The translations under genes were made by a program, and so were the position numbers. Below the pieces are notes generated by a model that worked only from the letters and a program-made list of their open reading frames with translations, searched no databases and was not told the DNA's origin. From an uncultured Burkholderiales bacterium (lineage in GTDB: Bacteria; Pseudomonadota; Gammaproteobacteria; Burkholderiales; Burkholderiaceae_C), in assembly GCA_903822825.1 (NCBI GenBank), contig CAIJQQ010000054.1, forward strand, positions 14,456-78,455: a stretch of 64,000 nucleotides of DNA. Reading direction: 5' to 3'. Positions within the stretch are counted from its first letter, which is position 1. Each line of letters starts with the position of its first letter. This document shows, one piece after another, positions 10,074-20,383 of the stretch.

Positions 10074-12002
10074 TCAAGCGGCGGTTCCGCCGAGGTAGGC
10101 TTCGATCACCTTCTCGTTGGCTTGAACCTCAGCAGGCTGTCCTTCGGCAATCTTCTGCCCAAAGTCCAGCACCGAGACCGTGTCGCACACGCCCATGACC
10201 ACGTCCATGTGGTGCTCGATCAAGATCACGGTGATGCCGTGGTCGCGGATCTTGCGGATGATGGACATCAACTCCTTGATGTCGGGCGCAGTCAAGCCCG
10301 CAGCGGGCTCGTCCAGCAGCAAGAGCTGCGGGTCGAGCGCCAGCGCGCGGGCAATCTCGAGCAAGCGCTGCTTGCCGTAAGGCAGGTTGCGCGCTTGCTC
10401 ATCGGCCAAATCGGCCAGACCCACAAAAGCCAGCAAGCCCATGCCGCGCTGCGTGGCGGCGGCCTCTTCGCGTCTGGCGCGGGGCGTGGCCAAAGCGATG
10501 TCAACAAAATTGCTGTCAAAAGTGTGGTGCAAACCCACCTGAACGTTTTGCAGCGCGGTCATCTCACCAAACAGCTGCACATTTTGGAAGGTGCGTGCGA
10601 TGCCAGACAAAGCGATGTCAGACGAAGTGCGACCCACCACCGAGCGCCCTTCAAACTCAATGGAACCTGCCGTCGGCACATAGATACCGGTGAGCACGTT
10701 CATCATCGTGCTCTTGCCCGAGCCATTGGGGCCGATCAGGCCGTGGATGGTGCCGCGTTTGACGCGCAGATCCACCTGGTTGATGGCCTTGAGGCCACCG
10801 AACTGCATCAGCACTTCTTTGGCGACCAAAAGGTCTTCGCCCGTGTTCTTGACCGCTTGCAGGATCGGGTCGCCTTGCCCCGAAGCCAGCTCATGGTGCT
10901 CATCGGTCTGACCAGAGCGGCGACCGATCAGGCTGCGCACGAAACCGACAATGCCGTCTTGCAGGTAATACACCACGAACAAGATCATCAGGCCAAAGAT
11001 CGACAAACGCCAGTCGGTGATGCTCTCCAGCCAAAACGAGAAGGCGGCCAAGGCCGCCGTGCCCAGCACAGGCACAGCCATGGCTTTCAGAGTGGTTATT
11101 TTGCGAGCCACCCCAATGATGGCGCCAACCAGCATCAACACAGCCAGCACGCTGGCGACCATGCGGAACATTTCCAACTCATCGAGCAACTTGGGTAACA
11201 ACACGATGATGGTGGCACCCAACATGGAGCCCATGCGCGTCTTGCGGCCGCCCATGATGACAGCCAGCAAGAACATCACCGTCAATTCGTTGTTGTAGGT
11301 GTTGGGCGAAATGTATTGCTCAGAGTAGGCATACAAGCAACCCGCCAAGCCAGCAAACCCAGCGCTGATGACGAAGGCATAAACCTTGTATTTGTAAACC
11401 GACACGCCCATGCAGTCAGACGCCACGGGGCTGCCACGCAGCGCTTCAAACGCACGACCCAGTTGCGAACGCAAAACGCGGTGCACCACCAGCAGAGACA
11501 AACCCAACAGCGCAGTGACTACCCAGTAGAACGATTGCTCGTCAAACTTGTACCCCGCCACGGTGGGCTTGGGGATTTTCAAACCCATGGGGCCTTCGGT
11601 GAGGAAGGTCATTTCGTTGATCAAAATCTGGATGATGGTGCCAAAGGCCATGGTAACCATCGCCAAATACGGACCCGAAACGCGCAGCGCTGGCAATGCC
11701 AACAAGGCGCCAAACAGGGCCGTCACGGCAATGCTGGCTGGCACGATGACCCAAAACGGCGCGCCTACTTTGAGGAACAGCACGCCAGCGGTGTAGGCAC
11801 CAATGCCAAACAAACCAGCATGGCCCAATGACACTTGGCCGGTGTAGCCCACCACGATGTCCAAACCAAACAACAAGATCGCGTAGATCATGATGGTTTC
11901 GACCAAATGGATGTAATACGGGTTGTGCGTGAACACAGGCACGAGTGCCAACAGCACAAAGCCCACGAGAGATGCGAATAGATATTTGCGATGCATGTTC
12001 AA
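10074..12002 (-). CDS. Branched-chain amino acid ABC permease-ATPase fusion (LivM-LivG-like)
   Basis: Hydrophobic N-half with GQVSLGH; C-half GPNGSGKS, RTFQN, LPYG, DEPAAGL, IEHHM. Confidence 0.9.
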   Translation of the reverse strand: MNMHRKYLFASLVGFVLLALVPVFTHNPYYIHLVETIMIYAILLFGLDIVVGYTGQVSLGHAGLFGIGAYTAGVLFLKVGAPFWVIVPASIAVTALFGALLALPALRVSGPYLAMVTMAFGTIIQILINEMTFLTEGPMGLKIPKPTVAGYKFDEQSFYWVVTALLGLSLLVVHRVLRSQLGRAFEALRGSPVASDCMGVSVYKYKVYAFVISAGFAGLAGCLYAYSEQYISPNTYNNELTVMFLLAVIMGGRKTRMGSMLGATIIVLLPKLLDELEMFRMVASVLAVLMLVGAIIGVARKITTLKAMAVPVLGTAALAAFSFWLESITDWRLSIFGLMILFVVYYLQDGIVGFVRSLIGRRSGQTDEHHELASGQGDPILQAVKNTGEDLLVAKEVLMQFGGLKAINQVDLRVKRGTIHGLIGPNGSGKSTMMNVLTGIYVPTAGSIEFEGRSVVGRTSSDIALSGIARTFQNVQLFGEMTALQNVQVGLHHTFDSNFVDIALATPRARREEAAATQRGMGLLAFVGLADLADEQARNLPYGKQRLLEIARALALDPQLLLLDEPAAGLTAPDIKELMSIIRKIRDHGITVILIEHHMDVVMGVCDTVSVLDFGQKIAEGQPAEVQANEKVIEAYLGGTAA

Positions 12003-12877
12003 ACCTTCTTGATCGCAGATTTACCAAACAGTCCAGCAGGTTTCACAGCCAAGACCAAAAGCAACAAAACCAAACCCGGTACGTCTTTGTAGCCGGTGGA
12101 AATGTAGAAGCCTGTCGTCGTCTCGGCCACACCCAAAATGATGCCGCCCACGATGATGCCCATACCGCTGGTCAAGCCACCAATGATGGCCACCGCGAAG
12201 GCCTTGAGGCCCAGCACTGCGCCCATGGTGGCGCCCGTCAGTGTCAGCGGCGCGATCAGCATGCCGGCAAAAGAGGCTGTCAACGAAGACAGTGCATAAG
12301 AAAAAGTGATCACCAGACCGGTGTTGATGCCCATCAGCTTGGCGGCATCACGGTCGTTGAAGGTGGCTACCACGGCTTTGCCGTAAATGGTCTTGCGGTT
12401 GAAAAATTCCACCGCCAGCATCATCAACACAGCGCCGCCGATCACCAGCAGCTCCATGGGCAGCACGTTGGCGCCAAAAATTTTCATGGGCGCCTCAGGC
12501 AAGGGCGAAGGAAAACGCAGGTCATCGCGGCCCCAGACGTTCTCTGCCACGTTCTTGAAAATGATGCCCAGCGCAATGGTGGACATGATCCAGCCGAACT
12601 CACTCTTGATTTTGATGGCGGGGCTAACGCCGATGCGCTCAACCAGCGCGCCTTGCAACAGGCCAAAAGCACCCACGATGGGGATGGCCAGCCAGTAGTT
12701 CAGGCCCAGGCGGTCCACCAACGTCAAAGCGACCAAAGCGCCCAGCATCAAAGCCTCGCCTTGCCCGAAGTTCAGCGTGTCGGAAGTGGCAAACGTGAGC
12801 TGGTAGCCGAACGCGATGACCGCGTAGATCATGCCCAGCGCCACGCCACTGTAGATAAGTTGCAGCAGAATTTCCAT
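11999..12877 (-). CDS. livH: Branched-chain amino acid ABC permease (LivH-like)
   Basis: LNFGQGE, AKLMGIN, IIGGL, KPAGLFG. Confidence 0.87.
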   Translation of the reverse strand: MEILLQLIYSGVALGMIYAVIAFGYQLTFATSDTLNFGQGEALMLGALVALTLVDRLGLNYWLAIPIVGAFGLLQGALVERIGVSPAIKIKSEFGWIMSTIALGIIFKNVAENVWGRDDLRFPSPLPEAPMKIFGANVLPMELLVIGGAVLMMLAVEFFNRKTIYGKAVVATFNDRDAAKLMGINTGLVITFSYALSSLTASFAGMLIAPLTLTGATMGAVLGLKAFAVAIIGGLTSGMGIIVGGIILGVAETTTGFYISTGYKDVPGLVLLLLVLAVKPAGLFGKSAIKKV

Positions 12878-12919
12878 AAATGCGCTTTGGTAGTTGAAAT
12901 GAATTCAAGTGAGTAAAAG

Positions 12920-12957
12920 AAACCGCACCGGCTGCTGTCGCGGCCGGTGCGGTTTTT
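12920..12957. terminator. Stem-loop between binding-protein and permease genes (terminator or mRNA stabiliser)
   Basis: AAACCGCACCGGC-N10-GCCGGTGCGGTTT with A/T runs on both sides. Confidence 0.7.
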
Positions 12958-12972
12958 GGGGGGACCGAGAAA

Positions 12973-14220
12973 TTACTTCTTGGCAGGCTGTTTGGCCGCC
13001 GCAGCGTCCTTCTTCACAGCCTTGGTGCGGATGTCAGCGCCTTTGATGCGGTCTTCTTCGTAGGCGTAAACCACTTTGCTGCCCTTGACTTCACCGAAGA
13101 CGGGAATGTTGGCCGTGATGGCTTCGTGGTCGTCGTGGGTGAAAGGCTTGTCGTATGTGGTCACAACACCTTCGACCTTGGTTTGCAGGTTTTCAAGGGC
13201 TTCACGGATCTTAGGGCCGTCGGTGGAGCCCGCTTGCTTGATGGCTGCTGCCAGCAAATAAACCGAGTCGTAACCCTGGGCTGCAGACACAGGCGAGTCG
13301 ATGCGGTTGTTCTTGGGCTTGAAAGCCTTCAGGTAAGCGTCAATGAATGTCTTGCGCTTGACCGTATTGGATTCCTGGATGAAGGTTTGCGGCATGCGGG
13401 CACCTTCACCACCGGGGCCTGCGTTGTCGATGAAGTTGGCCATGGACAAAGTCCAGCTGCCGATCATGGGCACTTTCCAACCCAGCTTGGTCATGCCATT
13501 GGCGATTTGCGCCAGCTCTGGGCCAATCGCGTAGGTCAGAATCACTTCGGCGCCGGCTTCTTTGGCCTTGAGCAGCTGAGGCGTCATGTCGACGTCTTTG
13601 ATGTTGAACTTCTCAACAGCAACGGCTTTCACGCCCTTGGCTGCCAGTGCTTTTTCCAGGTCATCGCGGCCCAGTTGGCCGTAGTTGGTGGAGTCGGCCA
13701 GGATGGCGACCTTCTTGAAATTGCGGCGGCCTATGGCCTCTTCCACGATCATGGGCGCCTGGATGCTGTCATGCGCGGCGTTGCGGAAGATGTAGTTGTC
13801 TGGAAACTCGGGCGCCTTGAACTGCTGGGTCACGATGGAGCCGGTCGCCACGTTGTTGAAAACCGGGATCTTGGCTTCTTGGTAGAAACGCTGAGAAGCC
13901 AGGGCCACACCGGTGTTGATGAAGCCCAAGGTTGCAACAACTTGCTCCTTGTTGATCAGCTCTTGGGCGATTTGAACGCCACGCTCGTTTTTGGCTTCGT
14001 CGTCACGCTCGATCACTTGGAACTGGCGTCCCAAAACGCCACCGGCTTTGTTGATTTCGTTCACGGCCAGTTTGACGCCGTCGCGCATGCTCACGCCCAT
14101 GGAAGAAGAACCACCGGTGTAGGGGCCGGTCACGCCGATCTTGATCGCGTCTGCGGCAAAGCTCAGGCCAGCCGCCAGCATCAAAGATGCAAAAGTTGTG
14201 AGTTTCACTGTGCGAATCAT
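12973..14220 (-). CDS. Branched-chain amino acid ABC substrate-binding protein (LivJ/K-like)
   Basis: Signal peptide, IKIG, INKAGGVLGR, DDEAK, YG, GYD motifs; GGAGA upstream. Confidence 0.9.
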   Translation of the reverse strand: MIRTVKLTTFASLMLAAGLSFAADAIKIGVTGPYTGGSSSMGVSMRDGVKLAVNEINKAGGVLGRQFQVIERDDEAKNERGVQIAQELINKEQVVATLGFINTGVALASQRFYQEAKIPVFNNVATGSIVTQQFKAPEFPDNYIFRNAAHDSIQAPMIVEEAIGRRNFKKVAILADSTNYGQLGRDDLEKALAAKGVKAVAVEKFNIKDVDMTPQLLKAKEAGAEVILTYAIGPELAQIANGMTKLGWKVPMIGSWTLSMANFIDNAGPGGEGARMPQTFIQESNTVKRKTFIDAYLKAFKPKNNRIDSPVSAAQGYDSVYLLAAAIKQAGSTDGPKIREALENLQTKVEGVVTTYDKPFTHDDHEAITANIPVFGEVKGSKVVYAYEEDRIKGADIRTKAVKKDAAAAKQPAKK

Positions 14221-14403
14221 GGTGTCTCCTTGGGAGTTGTGGATTTGAAAACTGACAAGTGAGGATTCTGACTGTCTTCTGACCTGGATGACGGGTCTGG
14301 CGATTGAAAAAATTTACAAGCGCGTCACATGAGGGACTGGTGTAAACCCTAGGAATGCCATGCTGCAAGCCCCATGCGCATCCAACAGCGCACAAATAGG
14401 TAT

Positions 14404-14429
14404 GATTGACGTTAACGTAAACGTCAATC
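14404..14429. promoter_or_regulatory. LiuR-type operator upstream of icmF
   Basis: Near-perfect palindrome GATTGACGTTAACGTAAACGTCAATC with ACGT every 6 bp, as in the known LiuR motif. Confidence 0.75.
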
Positions 14430-14450
14430 CATCCGACCACGGAGACCCCC

Positions 14451-17400
14451 ATGACCGACCTTTCAGCCGAATTCAAAGCCCTGGCCGAATACCGCCCCAC
14501 GAACAAAGTTCGTTTCGTCACCGCCGCCTCTCTGTTTGACGGCCACGACGCGGCCATCAACATCATGCGGCGCATCTTGCAAAGCATGGGCGCCGAAGTC
14601 ATCCACCTGGGCCACAACCGCTCGGTGGACGAAGTGGTCACAGCAGCTTTGCAAGAAGACGCACAGGGCATCGCCATCAGTTCATATCAGGGCGGACACA
14701 ACGAGTATTTCAGCTACATGGTGGACCTCCTCAAAGCCCGTGGTGGCGAGCACATCCAGGTGTTTGGCGGCGGCGGCGGCGTGATCGTCCCGTCTGAAAT
14801 TCGCAGCTTGTCCGACAAAGGCGTGCGTATTTTCAGCCCCGAAGACGGCCAAAAAATGGGCCTGGCCGGCATGATCGGCGAGATGGTCATGCGCTGCGAC
14901 CAAGATGTGAGCCCCCTGGCCCCCAAAACAGTGGACGCCATTCAGGGCCACGGCGAGATGAACTGGCGCGCCCTGGCGCAACTGATCACCGCCCTGGAAA
15001 ACGACAAGGCCGAAGCAAAGGTGGTGGCGGCTGTGCGTGAACAAGCGGCGCAAAAGAAAGTGCCCGTGCTGGGCATCACTGGCACCGGTGGCGCAGGCAA
15101 GTCGAGCCTCACCGACGAGTTGATCCGACGCCTGCGCCTGGACCAGGGCGACGCGCTGCGCGTGGCCGTGATTTCGATCGACCCATCCCGCCGCAAGAGC
15201 GGTGGCGCCCTGCTGGGCGACCGCATCCGCATGAATGCGATTTCACCTTGGTCACAAGGCCCGCGCGTGTTCATGCGTTCGCTGGCCACGCGTGATTTTG
15301 GCAGCGAAATTTCAGCGGCCCTGCCCGACGTGGTGGCGGCGTGCAAGGTGGCCGGTTTTGACCTGATCGTGGTGGAGACCTCGGGCATTGGCCAAGGCGA
15401 CGCGGCCATCGTGCCGCATGTGGACGTGCCCATGTACGTGATGACCCCCGAGTTCGGCGCGGCCAGTCAGCTCGAAAAAATCGACATGCTCGACTTCGCT
15501 GAGTTCGTGGCCATCAACAAGTTTGACCGCAAGGGTTCATCGGACGCGCTGCGCGACGTGGCCAAACAAGTCCAGCGCAACAAAGAAGCCTGGACCGTGC
15601 CCACCGAGCAAATGCCGGTGTTTGGCACCATGGCCGCCCGCTTCAACGACGATGGCGTCACAGCCCTTTACCAAGCGCTGAAAACCCGCTTGGCCGAGCT
15701 GGGCATGAAAACCACCGAAGGCCGTTTGCCCGTGGTCAAGGTGCGCTTTAGCACCCACCAAAACCCCGTGGTGCCCGGGGCCCGCACCCGCTACTTGGCC
15801 GAAATCAGCGACACCGTGCGCGGCTACAAAAAACGTGCCGTCGACCAATCGCGATTGGCCCGCGAAATTCAGCAATTGCGCGCTGCGGCCCGCATGCTCG
15901 AGGTGGGTAAAACCGGTCGCGCCAAGGCCGCAGAAGCCGCCATCGACCTGGCCGTGGCCCGCGAAGAAAGCCAAGACCCAACGGCCAAAAAGTTGCTGGC
16001 CCAGTGGCCCGAAATGCAAAAGGCCTATGCGGGCGACGAGTACGTGGTGAAGATTCGCGACAAAGAAATCCGCACGGCACTCACCACCAAGTCGCTGTCT
16101 GGCACCACCATTCGCAAGGTGGCGCTGCCCCAATACGAAGACGATGGCGAAGTGCTCAAGTGGCTGATGCTGGACAACGTGCCCGGCAGCTACCCCTACA
16201 CCGCAGGCACCTTTGCCTTCAAGCGCGAAGGCGAAGACCCCACCCGCATGTTTGCCGGTGAAGGCGACCCCTTCCGCACCAACCGCCGCTTCAAACTGGT
16301 CAGCGAAGGCCTGCCCGCCAAGCGCTTGTCCACGGCGTTTGACTCGGTCACGCTGTACGGCAACGACCCCGACCTGCGTCCGGACATCTACGGCAAGATC
16401 GGCAACTCGGGCGTGAACGTAGCAACGCTCGACGACATGAAGGTGCTTTATTCGGGCTTTGATCTGTGCAACCCCACCACATCGGTGTCGATGACCATCA
16501 ACGGCCCCGCGCCGTCGATTCTGGCCATGTTCATGAACACGGCCATCGACCAAAATCTCGATAAGTTCAAGCTTGAGAACGGCCGCGAGCCCACCGAAAC
16601 CGAAACCACCAAGATCAAAGCTTGGGTACTGGCCAACGTTCGCGGCACGGTGCAGGCCGACATCTTGAAGGAAGACCAGGGCCAAAACACCTGCATCTTC
16701 TCGACAGAATTCAGCCTCAAGGTCATGGGTGATGTGGCGCAGTATTTTGTGCACCACGACGTGCGCAACTTCTACTCGGTGTCCATCTCGGGCTACCACA
16801 TTGCCGAGGCTGGGGCCAACCCGATCAGCCAGCTGGCCTTCACGCTGTCCAACGGTTTCACCTTTGTGGAAGCGTACTTGGCGCGCGGCATGCACATCGA
16901 CGATTTCGCGCCCAATTTGAGCTTCTTCTTCAGCAACGGCATGGACCCCGAGTACACCGTGATGGGCCGCGTGGCGCGCCGCATCTGGGCAGTGGCGATG
17001 AAAGAGAAATACGGCGCGAACGAGCGTTCACAAAAACTCAAGTACCACATCCAGACGTCAGGCCGCTCGCTGCACGCGCAAGAAATCCAGTTCAACGACA
17101 TCCGCACCACGCTGCAAGCGCTGATCGCGATTTACGACAACTGCAACAGCCTGCACACCAACGCGTTCGACGAAGCCATCACCACGCCCACCGCAGACTC
17201 GGTGCGCCGCGCCATGGCGATCCAGCTGATCATCAACCGCGAGTGGGGCTTGGCCAAAAACGAGAACCCAAGCCAAGGCGCCTTCATCATCGAAGAATTG
17301 ACCGAGTTGCTGGAAGAAGCCGTTCTGGCCGAGTTCGAAAAAATCGCCGAACGCGGCGGCGTGCTGGGCGCGATGGAAACCGGCTACCAGCGCGGCAAGA

Positions 17401-17741
17401 TTCAAGACGAATCCATGCACTACGAGATGCTCAAGCACACGGGCGAGTTGCCCATCATCGGCGTCAACACCTTCCGCAACCCCAAGGGCGACGAAGTCAT
17501 GGAAACACTGGAACTGGCCCGCTCGACCGAGGAAGAAAAGCAGAGCCAACTCAAGCGCTTGCACGACTTCCACGCACTGCATGCCAACGAGTCGCCCGCA
17601 GTTCTAAAACGCCTTCAACAAGCCGTGATCGACAACGGCAACGTGTTCGAGGTGTTGATGGACGCGGTGCGGGTGTGTTCGCTCGGTCAGATCACCAACG
17701 CGCTGTTTGAGGTGGGTGGTCAGTACCGCCGCAATATGTAA
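14451..17741 (+). CDS. icmF: Fused isobutyryl-CoA mutase/GTPase chaperone
   Basis: N-terminal B12-binding FDGHD, MeaB-like GTGGAGKSS and INKFD, mutase domain PTRMFAGEG (Phe), [16 protein letters not shown]; 1096 aa. Confidence 0.95.
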   Translation: MTDLSAEFKALAEYRPTNKVRFVTAASLFDGHDAAINIMRRILQSMGAEVIHLGHNRSVDEVVTAALQEDAQGIAISSYQGGHNEYFSYMVDLLKARGGEHIQVFGGGGGVIVPSEIRSLSDKGVRIFSPEDGQKMGLAGMIGEMVMRCDQDVSPLAPKTVDAIQGHGEMNWRALAQLITALENDKAEAKVVAAVREQAAQKKVPVLGITGTGGAGKSSLTDELIRRLRLDQGDALRVAVISIDPSRRKSGGALLGDRIRMNAISPWSQGPRVFMRSLATRDFGSEISAALPDVVAACKVAGFDLIVVETSGIGQGDAAIVPHVDVPMYVMTPEFGAASQLEKIDMLDFAEFVAINKFDRKGSSDALRDVAKQVQRNKEAWTVPTEQMPVFGTMAARFNDDGVTALYQALKTRLAELGMKTTEGRLPVVKVRFSTHQNPVVPGARTRYLAEISDTVRGYKKRAVDQSRLAREIQQLRAAARMLEVGKTGRAKAAEAAIDLAVAREESQDPTAKKLLAQWPEMQKAYAGDEYVVKIRDKEIRTALTTKSLSGTTIRKVALPQYEDDGEVLKWLMLDNVPGSYPYTAGTFAFKREGEDPTRMFAGEGDPFRTNRRFKLVSEGLPAKRLSTAFDSVTLYGNDPDLRPDIYGKIGNSGVNVATLDDMKVLYSGFDLCNPTTSVSMTINGPAPSILAMFMNTAIDQNLDKFKLENGREPTETETTKIKAWVLANVRGTVQADILKEDQGQNTCIFSTEFSLKVMGDVAQYFVHHDVRNFYSVSISGYHIAEAGANPISQLAFTLSNGFTFVEAYLARGMHIDDFAPNLSFFFSNGMDPEYTVMGRVARRIWAVAMKEKYGANERSQKLKYHIQTSGRSLHAQEIQFNDIRTTLQALIAIYDNCNSLHTNAFDEAITTPTADSVRRAMAIQLIINREWGLAKNENPSQGAFIIEELTELLEEAVLAEFEKIAERGGVLGAMETGYQRGKIQDESMHYEMLKHTGELPIIGVNTFRNPKGDEVMETLELARSTEEEKQSQLKRLHDFHALHANESPAVLKRLQQAVIDNGNVFEVLMDAVRVCSLGQITNALFEVGGQYRRNM

Positions 17742-17744
17742 GCC

Positions 17745-18677
17745 TCAGAAGTTCACCCGATCCCCGCCCTTGAGCGCCAGCATGCTGCGCGCCTCATCGG
17801 GGGTGGCGATTTCGAGGTTCAGGGCTTCGAGCACGGTGCGGATGCGCTGCACCTGCTGAGCACTGGATTCGGCCAATTTTCCAGGGCCAATCCAAAGCGA
17901 GTCTTCCAGACCCACCCGCACGTTCGAGCCCATGGCTGCGCCAATGCTGGCCAGCGCAATCTGGCCTTTGCCTGCGCCCAAAATCGACCACTGGTAATCG
18001 TTGCCAAACAAGCGATCGGCCGTGCGGCGCATGTGCATCAAATCCTCGGGGTGAGGGCCGATGCCGCCCAAAATGCCGAACACCGACTGCACAAACAGGG
18101 GGCCAGTCACCAGCCCCCGGTCACGGAAGTGCGCCAGGTTGTACAAGTGGCTGATGTCGTAGCACTCGAACTCAAAGCGAGTGCCGTTTTCGGTGCCCAG
18201 GCGCAAGATGGTCTCGATGTCCTTGTAGGTGTTTTTGAACACCAAATCGCGGCTTTTTTCTAAGTGCTCGCGCTCCCACTCGTGCTCAAAGGTCTTGAAT
18301 CGGTCGAGCATGGGGAACAGACCAAAGTTCATCGACCCCATGTTGAGTGACGCCACTTCAGGCTTGAAGGTCATGGCCGGACGCATGCGCTCCTCCACCG
18401 TCATGTGCGGGCTGCCGCCCGTGGTCAGGTTGATGACGGCATTCGTATTCGCCTTGATTTTTTCCAAGAACGGCACAAAAAACGCCGGATCTTGCGTCGG
18501 ACGACCATCCACCGGATCTCGGGCGTGCAGGTGCAAGATGGCCGCACCCGCCTCGGCAGCGGCCATCGCGGCGTCGGCAATTTCGTCGGCAGTGACCGGC
18601 AAGTGCGGCGACATGCTGGGCGTGTGGATGGCCCCTGTGGGGGCGCAAGTGATGATGACTTTGCGGGTTTTGCTCAC
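17745..18677 (-). CDS. Beta-keto acid cleavage enzyme (BKACE/Kce, DUF849)
   Basis: IITCAPTG, GAAILHLHARD, ASLNMGSMN, FECYD, RVGLED; GTG 18677 with GGAG upstream. Confidence 0.9.
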   Translation of the reverse strand: MSKTRKVIITCAPTGAIHTPSMSPHLPVTADEIADAAMAAAEAGAAILHLHARDPVDGRPTQDPAFFVPFLEKIKANTNAVINLTTGGSPHMTVEERMRPAMTFKPEVASLNMGSMNFGLFPMLDRFKTFEHEWEREHLEKSRDLVFKNTYKDIETILRLGTENGTRFEFECYDISHLYNLAHFRDRGLVTGPLFVQSVFGILGGIGPHPEDLMHMRRTADRLFGNDYQWSILGAGKGQIALASIGAAMGSNVRVGLEDSLWIGPGKLAESSAQQVQRIRTVLEALNLEIATPDEARSMLALKGGDRVNF

Positions 18678-18852
18678 AGCAAGGCTCCAGTGAAGGGGTT
18701 GAGAAATCAAAAAAAGATGCCCAAGCATGCCCGAGCCAGACCGTTGACAGGGTCACGCAGGCAACAAGGGCAAGGAGAGAACCAAGGAATTCAATGTGAT
18801 TCATAAATAACCACTTCATGACATACCCCTACAGAATTCAGCGTCTTGGAAG

Positions 18853-18870
18853 CAGTCATCAAACCGCCAC
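18853..18870 (+). promoter_or_regulatory. Putative Pho box upstream of first phoA
   Basis: CAGTCAT-CAAA-CCGCCAC versus consensus CTGTCAT-AWAW-CTGTCAY. Confidence 0.45.
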
Positions 18871-18919
18871 AAAGCAAATTCAAAATCCAACCTTCGAATT
18901 CACAACCAAGGGAATACCC

Positions 18920-20365
18920 ATGAAGCACTGGATGTTGGCCGGCCTGATGGCCGCAGTGACCCTCGCAGCCTGCGGAAGCGACAGCCCACCGCCCAAAAAC
19001 GTCATTTTCTTTTTGGGTGACGGCATGGGCATGACCACCATGACGGCGGCTCGCATCTATGCCGTTGGCGAGGATGGCGACCTGACGATGGACACATTGC
19101 CAGAAACCGCATTCATCAAAACGTTTTCCAACGACGCCCAAGTCACCGATTCGGCCCCCTCGATGGCGGCCTACATGACCGGCGTGAAGATGAACAACGA
19201 AGTCGTGTCGATGTCACCCGAAACGGTTGCGACATCGCCCGGCAATGACGCCACGACAGGCGTGTCCAGCAGCGTCAACAACTGCGCTGCCGGCAACGGC
19301 ACACCGGTCAAAACCTTGCTCGAAATGGCGATTGCCAAGGGCATGGGCACAGGCGTGGTGAGCACCGCACGCCTCACACACGCCACACCCGCTGTGACTT
19401 ACTCGCACAACTGCAACCGCAATGCCGAATACGAAATTGCACGCCAGGCTGTCCCAGGCGGTGCGGGTTACAACACGGCGCTGGGCAATGGCGTCGACAT
19501 CTTGATGGGTGGCGTGAGCCAATACTGGGTGCCCTTCAAAGCAGACGGCACAGCGGCTGAGAAAAAAGGCCGCCCCGATGGCCGCAACCTGATCAACGAA
19601 TTCAAGACCAAAGGCTACACCTTCGTGTCGGACAAAGCCAGCTTTGACGCGGCCCCGGTCAGCGCAGGCTCGAAAATCATCGGTCTGTTTGACCAAGCCA
19701 TTGCCCAAGGCCACATGTCTTACGACCTGGACCGCGATCCTGCCAAGGAGCCGAGCCTGGCCGAGATGACCACCAAGTCGATGGACCTGCTGTCCAAAAA
19801 AGGCACGGGTTATTTCCTGATGGTTGAAGGCGGCCGCATTGACCATGCCCTGCACAATACCAACGCCAAGCGGGCTCTGCAAGACACCGTGGCTTTTGAC
19901 AACGCCATCAAGGCCGCCATTGCCAAAGCCAAAGAGACCGACCCGAACCTGACCAACACCCTGATCGTGGTGACCGCTGACCACGACCACACCCTGTTCA
20001 TGCAGGGCTACTCGAAAATCACGGGCAAAACGACCAGCACATCACCCGGCATTTTGGGCTTGCTGCGCAGCTACATCGACGGCGCATTGGCCAAAGATGC
20101 CGACGGCTCGCCATTCTCGATCCTGGGTTTTGGCAATGGCCCCAACCGCGTCACAGACCGCACCACCGTGGCTGCACTGGACGACGCCACCGTGAGCGCC
20201 AACGATTACCTGCAGGAATCGGCCCTGAAAACAGGCTTGGGCTCTGAAACCCATGGCGGGGCCGATGTCTTCCTCGGCGCGATTGGCATGTCTGCCGAAC
20301 AATTCAAAGGCGTTCTTGACAACACGGCCGTGTTCGGCCTGATCAAGCAAGCCTTGGGACTTTGA
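18920..20365 (+). CDS. phoA: Alkaline phosphatase, PhoA family, lipoprotein
   Basis: Lipobox LAAC; GDGMG, TDSAPS, THATPA, EGGRIDHALH, ADHDH, ETHGG. Confidence 0.9.
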   Translation: MKHWMLAGLMAAVTLAACGSDSPPPKNVIFFLGDGMGMTTMTAARIYAVGEDGDLTMDTLPETAFIKTFSNDAQVTDSAPSMAAYMTGVKMNNEVVSMSPETVATSPGNDATTGVSSSVNNCAAGNGTPVKTLLEMAIAKGMGTGVVSTARLTHATPAVTYSHNCNRNAEYEIARQAVPGGAGYNTALGNGVDILMGGVSQYWVPFKADGTAAEKKGRPDGRNLINEFKTKGYTFVSDKASFDAAPVSAGSKIIGLFDQAIAQGHMSYDLDRDPAKEPSLAEMTTKSMDLLSKKGTGYFLMVEGGRIDHALHNTNAKRALQDTVAFDNAIKAAIAKAKETDPNLTNTLIVVTADHDHTLFMQGYSKITGKTTSTSPGILGLLRSYIDGALAKDADGSPFSILGFGNGPNRVTDRTTVAALDDATVSANDYLQESALKTGLGSETHGGADVFLGAIGMSAEQFKGVLDNTAVFGLIKQALGL

Positions 20366-20383
20366 TCCATTGATCTGGAGAAA

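Noticed and set aside
14363-14380. Possible sigma-54 promoter for the liv-like operon on the minus strand
   Set aside because: TTGC is present but the invariant GG at -24 is missing.
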